Shown: positions 1 through 11,184 of the stretch, piece after piece
Numbering within the stretch: the first letter of the stretch is position 1
How the letters are laid out: each line of letters opens with the position of its first letter
DNA from: Balamuthia mandrillaris
Taxonomy: Eukaryota
Length of the DNA: 64,000 nucleotides
Direction: 5' to 3'
NCBI GenBank assembly: GCA_031835245.2
Contig: JAVKOQ020000003.1
Span: 1-64,000, forward strand
Notes under the pieces: model-generated
The model's database searches: none
What the model was told of the DNA's origin: nothing
The model's input: only the letters and a program-made list of their open reading frames with translations
Translations under genes and position numbers: made by a program

Positions 1-3000
1 TCGATAGCGCCTTTCTATTATGGTTTTTCGGTTATTTTCTGTCGACATGTCTACAAAAATCCAAAATTTAACTCCTCAAACATTTTTTTTACAATTAAAG
101 TTCATTTTTTTATTTTTTCACAAACAGTTCACACCTTTTCCACTTGTTTTTCCCCTCTTATTTTTTTAATTGTGTTTTTTCTTTTACAAAGTCTTTTTAA
201 GTGAATTTTTTTTTTATTTTCTACCAATATTTTATGTCAACAACAATGCTACCTTCAACTCCAAAAAAAGTACATTGTTCACTTTGTTTGAATTTGATTC
301 CTTGTCCTCAATCAAATCAACTTTTTTGTAGCAAAAAATGTAAAAGGTTTGTTTATTTATTTTAAAAGTAATTTTTTTTGAATTATTATTTCTTATTCAT
401 TTTTATCTTGCTTCAAAGATCCTTTCACACTCAACAAAAACAAAAAATGATAATATCATCTGCATCTACTTCTTCTACAACTTCAACATCCACCTTGAAA
501 TCATCATCATCATCATCTTCTTCTTTTTTTTCTTCTTCTTCTTCTTCTTCTTCTTCTTCTTCTTCATTCATTCCCATTTTTTATGATGACAATGATGCTT
601 TTAATTTTGAAGAAGATAATGATAGTTTTTTTGCAACATCAGATGAAGAAGAAAAAGAGAAGGAAAGAGAGACCAATAATGATGATTTTTATTTTTCTTC
701 TTCTTCTTCTTCTTCTTTTTCTTCTTCTTTAATAGACTTGACTACAACATCAACAACTCCAACAACAACTTCTACTCTTTTCATTGATTTGGTAGATTGT
801 TCTTCTTCTTCTTCTTCTTCTTCTTCAGAAAGTGAAGCAGAAAATGAACCAACAAAAACAAAAAGAAAAGAGAAAGTACAACCACAACAACAATCATCAC
901 AAGCATTACCAACCACTACCCCATCAGCAAGAGTGTCTCGAGCTATTCGTATGCTTCCTTCTTTAATGTTAGAAAGATGGGAATACTTGAGTGCAACTTC
1001 TTCATGATGGAGTGATTCAACTTTGCGAAAACATGCCTGGGCCAGATTGATTTGGACAGCATTTTGTGATAAGTGGAAACTTGAACCTTTTCCTTTGGAT
1101 GCAGATAAACATCATCTTGGAGCATTTGTGGAATGGTTGGTGATGACTGTTGGATATGCTTTGACTTCAGCAAAAGATGTTATTGTGGCAAGTTTGTATC
1201 ATATTCATATGGAAGAAACAGGAGGAGAGCAAGTACCACAAAAGATACAAGATACTGTGAATTTGGCAGCAAAGAAGTGCAAACAACGTGCTCCATCTTG
1301 TACAAGATCAGGAAGAATGAGAGATGCTTGTTTGAGGGATGATGTGATTCAAATCATAACGATGATTCCGGATGGTAAACGCAAAAAAGCAAGAGATGCC
1401 AGTTGTTGGTTGCATAGTGTAAGCACTGGAGCTAGAGCCATCACAGCTTCCAACATTCTTCTTGGACATTTTCAGAACTTCATCATCCAAGATCCCTCTG
1501 ATCCTCACAGTCTCTGCTTCTTTTCACTTCTTCATCAAGTTACCAAAGGAAAACCAGGAGATTGGAATCACATGATTACTTTGGAAGGCTACCTTCATCC
1601 TCCTCCTCACATCAACCCCACAGCTGACTTCATCTACTGGCTTAATCTTCATCTTCAAGAAACTCATTCTTTATGCTTAGAAGAGTTTTCTGCTTGGAAT
1701 CTTTCTCCTCAACAACAAGCTACTTCTTTGTGGGGACTGAGCCCTGATGCTTTGAATGCCAGACTGAAGAAATGTGCTAGCCAAGCCAACTATCCTCCAG
1801 GCCTCTTTACTTTCCATTCTTTGAGAGCTGGTTTCATTTGCACTGCTTTGATCAAGCAGGGTTTGAATGACAGTCAACAAAGAAATGCAGTACTGGAATC
1901 TACAGCTTTTATTGCTGGTTGGCAGCCTTATGGACATTCTCAACAACGTTATGTGAAAAGCACTGCTATCAAATCCATGGTTGCTAATAGATTAGTTTCT
2001 TCCTCAGGTATTTTATTTTTTCTTTTTTTTTTAATTTGAGAAAGAAAGAAAAACTTATCTTACTTTTTATTTTCTTTTGCACATACAATCAATTAGGTGA
2101 AGCCTCTTCAACCAGTTTGATGGATCCAACTTTAGTTACCAAAGAAGTATTTCATAATTTGAAAGAACCTTTGACTTCAAAGTGGTCTTTACAAACTAAT
2201 TATGAAGCCTTTTATGACAAAGTTATGGAAAGGTTGGTGTATTTTTTACTTTATTATTATTATTATTTTGTTTATTTTGTTTATTTTTCTTGTGCTTAAC
2301 TCACTCATTTTATTCATTAATTTTTATTTATTTTAGATTCCAAAGCAGAACTGATTTATCCAAGTCAGATCATGCTAAATTATGCAAGTCTCATTTATGG
2401 CAAAAGTGCTTACATGCATGGATAGACAATCATGAAGATGAAGTTGAAGAAGAGATGAGCCAGGAAATGGAAGCATTCAAGCAAAGAAATAACTCTCAAG
2501 ATGCATCACCACCACCACCACTTAATCACATCAAAACGATTGTTGGAAGAAGACATATTGCAAGCTTGTTGGCAGGCAACTTTCAACTTTTAGATGAGCT
2601 TTTGGAAGCATTCATAGAACCTGCATTACCTCATCTACAAAACCATTCACCTTTGAAGCAAGTACCTTACAAAAAATGAAAAAATGGACCCTTTCAACTT
2701 CAAACTTCTACTCCAAGAACTCGCATCAAAACTTCCAATCATCGTCAACATCAACCTTGGAGTGATGAAGAAACAAAAGAGTTGATTCATTTGCGTCTTC
2801 ATAAAAAAGCTACTTGGGTTGAGATTGCATCAACTTTACCTCAGCAACTCAGGACAAATGTGGACTGCAAAGACAAATGGAGAAACTTAATGCTTAAGTA
2901 TGGTAGTGAAAAAGCTATTTGTCAACATTTTAATATTTGATTTTGTTTGTTTTTTATTTTCTATTTTCATGTTGAAATGTTTTTATGATATTAAGTTTTT

Positions 3001-3218
3001 TTTTATGTTGTTGTTATTTCTTTATCTTCAACATTTTTTTCTTAGTATTATAAAAATATTTTAACAAAACTGCCTTTTTATTGATATTTACAACTTTAGA
3101 AAAGATTAAAAAAAATTTCATCACAATATAAGTGTATCTATTTTAGACTTAGTTTTTTATGATATTTCTTTAAGTTACAAGGAGAGGCTAGCTTAGGTTT
3201 AAGAGTACTCGCCCCTAA
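1..3218 (+). mobile_element. YR-Myb element copy 1 (left end probably at or beyond the window start)
   Basis: YR gene followed by an AT-rich 3' region ending in TAGGTTTAAGAGTACTCGCCCCTAA, homologous to the termini at 9237 and 11317. Confidence 0.7.
234..2940 (+). pseudogene. Tyrosine recombinase-telobox Myb fusion gene (Crypton-like), 4 exons (234-346, 419-2007, 2097-2232, 2337-2940), ~813 codons with two in-frame TGA stops (1005-1007, 2677-2679)
   Basis: GT-AG introns join all exons in frame. YR catalytic motifs: STGAR (R), VTKG (K), FHSLRAG (HxxR), AGW, QRY (Y). N-terminal CxxC...FCSxxC motif. C-terminal Myb PWSDEETKEL...ATWVEIA...RTNVDCKDKWRNL (2755-2905), which is absent from the ORF track. 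Confidence 0.88.
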
Positions 3219-3320
3219 CCCTAACCCTAGGCTAGCTTAGGTTTAAGAGTACTCGCCCCTAACCCTAACCCTAAAGGCTAGCTTAGGTTTAAGAGTACTC
3301 GCCCCTAACCCTAACCCTAA
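3185..3320 (+). repeat. Three tandem 44-46 bp units: AGGCTAGCTTAGGTTTAAGAGTACTCGC + (CCCTAA)~3 telomeric repeats
   Basis: Read directly. Units start at 3185, 3229 and 3275; the 28-bp cores are identical. Confidence 0.97.
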
Positions 3321-3407
3321 CCTAGCACGGCCTTGTAGACGAGGTTGTCCGCGTGGCGTGCGAGCGCTTGAAATTTTTTTTTAGAGAGAGAGCGAAAGAG
3401 AGAGAGC

Positions 3408-3450
<43 letters not shown>

Positions 3451-4109
3451 CGAGAGGGAGGGAGAGGAAGAGAAGGAAATGGTACCTAGTTTATTCACAT
3501 CGCTCCTTTTTCCAGAAGGGCAGAGAGTGGGTAGTAAGAAGCGGGGGAGAGCAGAGGAACATACCTGTGGAACCTGGAAAAGAGAGCGAGATAAAACGGA
3601 GGAAAAACTGAAAAGCTTACTGTAGGCGGTAAAGAGAGCAGAGAGCGACGGAGAGGAGGACTATCACGAGAGAAACAAAAAATATCAGGTAAGGACCTCA
3701 AGCCCAAAAAAACGATTTTCGTTGTTGAACAGTTTTTTCTCTTTACATTTTCTGTTTTCCACCTTGAGAAATGAGAATTTGACTTTTCGTTTCTACTCTT
3801 TATCATACAGCCACTGTATAGAGAGACAATACTTGTTTCTTTCCAAGTCACAAACCAATTTGTGGTTATATTTGCCGACAAATCTCATCTCCAGCTCCTC
3901 ACAGTTTCAGTGGTGTTTTCCGTCCTTGTCAACAAAAGGAAGGTTTGGTGACGTCACAGATTTCACTTTTTTTAAGCCAACACCTTGTTGCTGGCAACCG
4001 GGGTGCGGGGAAAAGAAGCAAGAAGCGATGGCGCACCTAGCTCACCACTCTTGGTTTCCGAAGGACCCTTGTTTTTTTCATTGAGCCTTTCTCTTTCAGT
4101 TATTGTGGT

Positions 4110-4760
4110 AAGCTGCTCTCTCGCTCTCTCACCTCTCGCCTCTACTCTCGCCTCTCTCTTCTCTCCTCTTTCCTCTCGCCTATCTCTCTCCACTCGCCTA
4201 TCTCTCACCTCTCCCCTCTCTCCTCTCACCTCTCTCCTCACCTCTTGCCTATCTCTCACCTCCTCTCTCGTCTCTCGCCTCTCGCCTATCTCTCACCTCC
4301 TCTCTCCTCTCTCTCCTCCCTGCCTCTCACCTCTCTCCTCTCTCTCCTCACCTCTCTCTCCTCCCTCCTCTCACCTCTCTCCTCTCTCCTCTCTCCTCTC
4401 TCTCCTCCCTGCCTCTCACCTCTCTCCTCTCTCTCCTCTCCTCTCTCTCCTCTCTCGCCTCTCTATCTCTCTCCTCACCTCTCTTTCTTTCCTCTTACCT
4501 CACCTCTCACCTCTCCTCTCTTCTCACCTCTCCCCTCTCTTACCTCTCCGCTCACCTCTCGCCTCTCGCCTCTCGCCTCTCGCCTCTCTCCTCTCTCTGC
4601 TTACCTCTCCTCTCCTCTCTTCTCGCCTCTCTCTCCTCTCTTCTCACCTCTTCTCTTACCTCTCCTCTCACTTCTCACCTCTTGCCTCTCTCTCTTCTCT
4701 CCTCTCTCCTCTCTCTGCTCTCTGCTCTCTGCTCTCTGCTCTCTCGTCTTTCCTCTCTCA
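4110..4760 (+). repeat. Long CT-rich low-complexity tract, probably intronic (GTAAGC donor at 4108; AG acceptors at 4782 or 4823)
   Basis: Degenerate CTCT/CTCAC/CTCGC units with splice-site-like ends. Confidence 0.75.
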
Positions 4761-5237
4761 GCTCTTACCTCTATTCTTGTAGCTTGTTGCTCACCTCTTG
4801 TCTCTTGTCTTGTTTCTCACCAGGGAGTTACTGCAATACTTGTGTTTGGGGATCACAGAGAGCTGTTCTGTCACACTCTTCTCTTGTCATCATGATATGC
4901 TTCAATAATAAACATTTTGCAACAAAAGAATCAAAAGAGAGAGAGAGAGAGAGAGAGAGACCTGATGAGAGCAAAAAACTGAAGGTGAGGGTTTGAATGT
5001 ATTGAACGGAATTCAAACCCCAAGTTTTTGCAGACAATCTCCTATCCGTCATGTTATCTCTTCTCTCCGTATGAACCCTGCTCTTATCTATCTTGTGATC
5101 GCATACAGAAAAATGATCAATACAGCTGTCTAAACAGGCCGTCAGAAATACAGAAAAACCTGTTTGGTGATCGGCGGGCTGTATATACAGGAAAAACCTG
5201 TCTAGACACCTGTTTATACAGCTGTATTTCACAACGG

Positions 5238-6816
5238 AGTCCCCATCCACCACTAAATCCACTCTCAACAGGCACATCAAGGGCAGACTCAACAAGCAAC
5301 TCCCTGCCACCTCTGAACGCAAATGCCTCTTGCAGCTATTCCACACAGAAGGACATCACGGGGCAGAAACCTTGTTCATCAAGATCTGGAATGAAGGCTA
5401 TTATTGGCCTACTCTTCATGCTGACTGTTCCCGCACTTGCCTACAGTGCAATGACTGCCTTAAGCACAACGTCACCAAACACGGCTTTCATCCCCTCAAA
5501 ACCATCCACGCTACTTACCCCTTCAATCACGTCGCCATCATGATGATCTGTTTGGCCCCCTTCCCACTTCTTCCAAAGGCTTCAACTATGTTCTGGTCAC
5601 CACAGACATCACTACCTGGTTCACTTCCCTCCGCCCAGTCCACACCAAGACTGCCAAAGATGTGGCCTGCACCCTCTACCAAGTTGTCTCTGATTTCGGT
5701 CTTCCTAAGATCCTTCAGTCAGACAACAGCACTGAGTTTGTCAACACGGTCATCAAAGCTCTCAAGACACTCTCTGGCTTTGAGCATCAGTTCATCTCGG
5801 CCTATCATCCTCGAGCTAATGGAGCTGCAGAAAGCCATGTCAAGCTGGCCCGCAACACCCTTAACAAGCTCATTAACAGTGATTGGTCTCACTGGCACAC
5901 CTTTCTTCCTGCTGCCCAATATGCAATCAACCAACGTGTTACTCATCGCCACAAGTCTTCCCCTTTCCAACTGTTCTTTGGTCGCCCTGCTATCACTCCA
6001 CAAGACTATTCTTCTTCCTCCTCCCAGCTTCCTATGGAAACCCTCCTCTTGGAGAACGCCAAGCAAATGCATGATATTGTCTACCTGGCATCAGCATCTT
6101 CTACTTGAAAGCACAGCTCCAACATCAAGGCTCAACATGATTCTTCTAAGTCACTCCACGAATTTTCTGCTGGCTCCAAAGTCATGCTACGCAAGCCTCC
6201 CAGGTCTCCCAAGTCTCTTCCTGAATACTCTGGCCCTTATACAGTCATCCACTGCAATCATGGTGGTGCATACCTCCTCCAGGACAGCACTGGCATTATC
6301 CTCCCGGACAAGTTCAGCCCCAACCAGCTGAAGCTTGTTGCCCCCCCAGAGGACCCTACTACCAATGACCTCCCACCTGATGAGTATGAAATAGATGAAA
6401 TCCTTGATCACAAAGGCCCAGCCAATAAGCATGAATACTTTGTTCACTGGAAAGGCTACCCACATTCTGATAACCAATGGATCCCTGCTAAAGATGTCCA
6501 TGCTCCCAAACTCATCAAACGTTATTGGGACCTCCTCAAACAATCCTCTTCACCTTCTACTTCTTCTTAAGAGGGGGAGTATGTTGGTAAAATCACCAAC
6601 ACTTATCTCAAGACTCCTCATGTTGGATCCGTCCCAGACCCTCAGCTCTCCTTTCTTTTGTATCCTCCATCCTTCCCTTCTCCCTTTTCCCTTTTCTCTT
6701 GGTGTACTTTGAAGCAATGTCAGAGATTCACTCCCGTTGTCCTTCCTCTATTCTCTTGAATACACTTCTTGTCTTGTCACTGACTCTTTTATTCTTGAGG
6801 TTGGATTCAACCAACA
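5238..6816 (+). mobile_element. Ty3/gypsy chromovirus-like LTR retrotransposon remnant: integrase plus chromodomain, PPT and 3' LTR
   Basis: HHCC zinc-binding region (H...GH...YYWP...CLQC), integrase core (LQSDNSTEF, YHPRANGAAE), GPY motif, chromodomain EYEIDEILDH...YFVHWKGY...NQW. Frameshifts and stops present. PPT GAGGGGGAG at 6571-6579. Confidence 0.93.
6582..6816 (+). repeat. 3' LTR of the gypsy element (TGTTGG...CCAACA)
   Basis: Follows the PPT, has a terminal inverted hexamer, and its last ~55 bp recur at 11850-11903. Confidence 0.75.
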
Positions 6817-9237
6817 AATGGCAACATCAGCTGCCATCACCAAGAGGATGCATTTTCTGCTCCTCCTCTTTATTTCCTTTCATTGCACCAACAAGTCACC
6901 AAAGGAATACCAAATCATTGGAATCATGTTGTTACATTTGAAGGGTATTTAACACCACCACCACCACCACCATCATCATCATCACGAGGATCATCTTCTT
7001 CACCATCACCATCATCATCATCACCACTTAGCACCACCACTGCTATGACCTCTACTGTCGCCACCACCACCACTGCCACCACATCAACAACATCAACAGC
7101 AAGCATTTGTCTTGGAGATTTTATTTACTGGTTAAACAAGCATCTATTATGCAAGCATGGTTTGGATTTGCACAAGTTTCACAACTGGCACTTAATGGAT
7201 GCACAAATACAAACATCATTATGGGGATGGTCACGTGATACTTTAAATGCCAAGTTGCAAGATCAGGCTGTTCGGGCTGGTTATCCTGAAGGATTGTTTT
7301 CCTTTCACTCCTTGCATGCTGGCTTCCTTTGCACTGCCTTGATCTTGGAGGGACTGCAGGAAGGTCACAGTTAGAACAATGTACTGGATACTACTGCCCT
7401 TATCACAGGTTGGGTACCTCATGGTAGATCCCAGCAAGTCTACATTAAGGATACATTAAAAACGTGCTATTATGGCCAATCACTTGGTCAGCAATGTTAC
7501 TACTCATCCTCATTCTTCTTCTTCTTCTTCTTCTTCTTCTTCATCATCTTCATCCTCTGTTGCAACTACCACTGCTGATTATCATCCTCCTCAACATTGC
7601 AGTTCATTACTACTCATCTGATTTTTGTTTTTTCTTTTGTTTTTTCTTTGGCTGGGCTGGCTGCCTGACCAGCATCAATAAACCACTACTACTACCACCA
7701 CCACCACTACCACTTGATGGACTGACTTGCTCTCTTTTTGGTTCTTTTCATCCTCACTCCCTTGCATGCATACAGTTATTGCTCCAGAGCTAGTTACCAA
7801 AGAAGCATTTCACAATCTATCCCCAGATGCTTTGCAACAATCCAACTGGTTTGCAGATACCAACTATCAGAGTTTTATTCATGCTGTTCGCCTACAGTTT
7901 GTTTGTGTGTTGTTTGTTTGTTTTGTTTGCATAGTATCCACCACCATCACCACTATCTATCTATCTATCTATCTATTTATCTATCCAGTCAGTCATGGCT
8001 TGTTTGTTTGCATTCAAAAATGCACCCTTAGACCTAGCGCTAGAACGCACAGGTTTATTGTGGCAGCAGCAACATTCATAGTCTAAACAATAATTGTTAT
8101 GATTGGTCTTGGTTGAAAAATTGTTCTTCTTTTGACATTCACTCACACTTTGTTTTTTGTCTCTTTTCCCTTTTTCTTTCTTTCCCTCTTTCTTTCTCTT
8201 GCTTTCTCTTTCTCTTTCTCTTGCTCTTTCTTTCTCTCTCGCTTTCTCTTTCTCTCTTCTTCTTTGTTTACACTGCTTCTTTAGGTGGTTCATGAAATGA
8301 ACAGATTTGCCAACCAAAGATCAACAAATACGATTTTATTGCTCCTTGTGGCTTGAATGTTGTACTGCTTGAGTAGAAAATCATCCAGATGAGTTTGATA
8401 AGGATGTGCTAGCTGAAGCTGCATCACCTATGAGGCCAAAAACAAATCTCCTCTTCATTGGCCCAATATTCATCGCCAGCTGTGCTGTCAACACATCTCT
8501 GGCATTCTACAAAGCTTTTTCAGTGGCTTGAATGAGCTGGTGGATGAGTTTGTAGCTCCTATACTTCCCAAGTTGGTCAACAGATCACCCATTCACAAAG
8601 CATTCCTCACCCCTCATCAAGAGCAATCATCCTCCTCCCTTGCTTCTCTTGATGATGATGATGACAAGAGTCCTGACTCAAAAAAACAAACACCATGATG
8701 ACAACGAGTTCTCAGAGCACTTCAGCAACAACAATTGTTATGCAGTTGACTCAAATATCGGAAGAATGGCCATCAGCAACGGATTGCTTGGCAGGCACCA
8801 GAAATCCGTAGACTTGTCACTTGGTGCTTGCATGATGAATGGTCTTGGTTGGAGATTGCCAAACACTTGCCTACCCAATGTCGAACCAACAATGATTGCT
8901 ATGATAAATGGCACAATCTCCTCACAGAATTCTCCAACAATCTGGACGCTTTGAAGGCCAAATACTTGGTGGCCCATGATGAGGACTTTGACAAATTGGA
9001 TGATGATGATAATAACAACACTTCCTCCCCATCTTGGATGAAGAGGAAGAGACAAAGGAGAATGATGATGATGATGATATTATGATTATATCTTGTTAGA
9101 TTATATAGGTATTTCTATACGAAAATTGAAAAAATTGCTACTTTGACCCACTTTATCCATTAGACTTATAGACTTAGAGTTTTATAGAATGGACCATAGG
9201 GAGTTGAATGCCGTAGGTTCTGAGTACCCGCCCCTAA
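6817..9237 (+). mobile_element. YR-Myb element copy 2, divergent, 5'-truncated and pseudogenised
   Basis: QVTKG..WNH..TFEGYL, DFIYWLN, LWG, YPEGLFSFHSLHAGF, TGW..HG.SQQVY and LVTKEAFHNL are all homologous to copy 1. Myb RIAWQAPE...WSWLEIAKHLPTQCRTNNDCYDKWHNL at 8780-8925. Ends in GAGTACCCGCCCCTAA. Confidence 0.85.
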
Positions 9238-9760
9238 GCCCAGCTTTTGCTACCAACTTGCCTATCAACTTCAATGAAGCTATTGCTACTGTGATAGCTA
9301 TGAAAGCTAATTTGCAAGTCATTAAATTGCACACTTGTTTCCTTCATTGCCTTCTACTACCTCACCTCCTCTTTCTAAACCAACTTCTTCCACGTCTACT
9401 GCTGAGCAATGTACATGCTATAAATGCAAGCAACAAGGTCACCTTGCATCTTTTTGCTCCAACAAGACCAACAAACTCATCTGGCCTATTTATCCAAACT
9501 ACAGGTTAAGAAGATGACAACCCTCCTAACAATGTGCATGATGATGATACGATAATGACCCTCCTGCTACTGCTATCTGCTTTGGCCCCCCTCCTGGTCC
9601 CTCTGCTCCTCTTTTTTATTTGCAGTGTGACAACGTTGACAGCTATTATGAGTACTACTATGCTATTAATGAACTGGTTGAGGACTCGCTGGACCACAAC
9701 CCCTATGCCTCACTCTAGTGAAAGAGGAAATAATGTTGAGAATTACTCTCAACATATTAA
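9238..9760 (+). mobile_element. Gag-like retroelement remnant with CCHC zinc knuckle, followed by a purine tract and a probable LTR start at 9734
   Basis: CYKCKQQGHLASFC knuckle; GAAAGAGGAAA then TGTTGAG. Confidence 0.6.
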
Positions 9761-11184
9761 TTCTGTTGCTCCTTTCCTTTCCTTTCCTTTTTGTTAACAT
9801 CCTTGACATAGATCAATTACCTGCTGCCACATCGCTAGGCTTCTCCTTTTATTCCATTGCTTCCTTTTCTCTTTCTTTTAGTTAGTTAGTTTTGATTTGT
9901 TCACATCACACTTTCCTTCTTGACACCCTTTGTTTCCTTGTTCCCTTTTTGAAAATATGTTTTGGTCCTGTCCATTCATGTTATTCACCTTTTCTAACAA
10001 ATTGTTGTTTGTTTTTACAAAGTTTTGTTTTTTTAGAACATTGTTTTTCCCTTGTTTATTCATTCAATATTAATGAAACACCTTTTAAACATTCATTTAT
10101 TCATTTATCTATCCATTTATCAGTTTCACAAACATTTTCTAGAACTATTAAGATACAATTGTATTAATTACTCAGTCATAAAACATTTTTACTCTTTGTA
10201 AATAAGCTCATTGGACAAAGCATGTTGAGTTCTACAAGAACCTTTTTTATTTTTTCAAATAAAAGCATTTTATTCCTTTTTTATTAATTATCATCGATTT
10301 TCCCTTTTTTCAATCATTTGGCTTAGAGAACGTTGAAATTTTTTCTAAGTCTGAAATTTTTGCCATGGAACCAGGGAACCAAGCAGGTTCCTTTGGTTCT
10401 GCATTTTCGCACCGGAACCAAGAGAAAGACGGGAGCCAAACATATTTAATGAGAGGAAGAAAACAAGTGTGTTTGTGAGTGTGTTGTTTCTTCGTTTGTT
10501 CGTCTGTCTGTTCTTGGTTGTGGGAAAAGTATTTATAGTTGAGAAGGCAACCAAGGAAGGAAAGGGGCTCAGGGTTGGGGAGTGACTTCTTGGTTTCTTT
10601 GTTCTTAAGTTCTAGGCTCGGGAAAGTTCCAGGGAAGGCAGGAGAAAGATCTTCGGAATGGCTCGGTGTCGACATAAAAGATCAATGATAGCTGACGTGA
10701 GATTGTCGACAGAAAAGAGAAAAGAAACAAAGAAAGAAACGAAGAAAGAGTTGGTTATGTTGGCAGTTGCCAACACTCTATCTTCCTCTTTTCTTTTTTT
10801 CCTTTCTCCTTCTTCTTCTTTCTTTTTCTTTTTCTTTTCTTTTTCTCTTTTTCTCTTTTTTCTTTCCTTTCTTTTTATTTGTATTTTTCACTTTTCTTAT
10901 TTTTCTTTTTAGCTCTTTTTTTCTCTTGTTTTTCCTTTTATTTTTCTTCTTTTTCCTCTTTTCTCTTTCTATTCTCTTCTTTCTTTTTTCCTTTTTTTTT
11001 TCTTTTTTTTTCTTTCTTTTTTTTCTTTCTTTCTTTCTTCTTGTTCTATATTTTTTTTTCTTCTTTTTCCTTTATTCACTTTTCTTTTCTTGTACCAAGG
11101 TTCAAGAAGTTCTTTCTTTTTGTCAGTTGGTCAGCAACACTTTTTTTAATTCTTCATTCTATTTGATTTGATCACACATATTGA

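Noticed and set aside
1005..2679. Alternative genetic code (TGA sense) to explain the YR stops
   Set aside because: Host genes in the window use TGA as a normal stop and TGG for Trp; CpG decay is the simpler explanation.
3185..3320. CRISPR-like repeat-spacer array
   Set aside because: The 'spacers' are all CCCTAA telomeric repeats rather than unique sequences; eukaryotic context with no cas genes.
3972..4996. Leu/Ser/Pro-rich and Arg/Glu-rich ORFs
   Set aside because: Artefacts of the CT low-complexity tract.
234..6570. DIRS-type retrotransposon (YR plus retro genes)
   Set aside because: No RT/RNase H is linked to the YR. The YR gene has introns, and the nearby retro sequence is a separate DDE-integrase gypsy.
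10658..11171. Phe-rich ORFs
   Set aside because: Translations of a T-rich tract.
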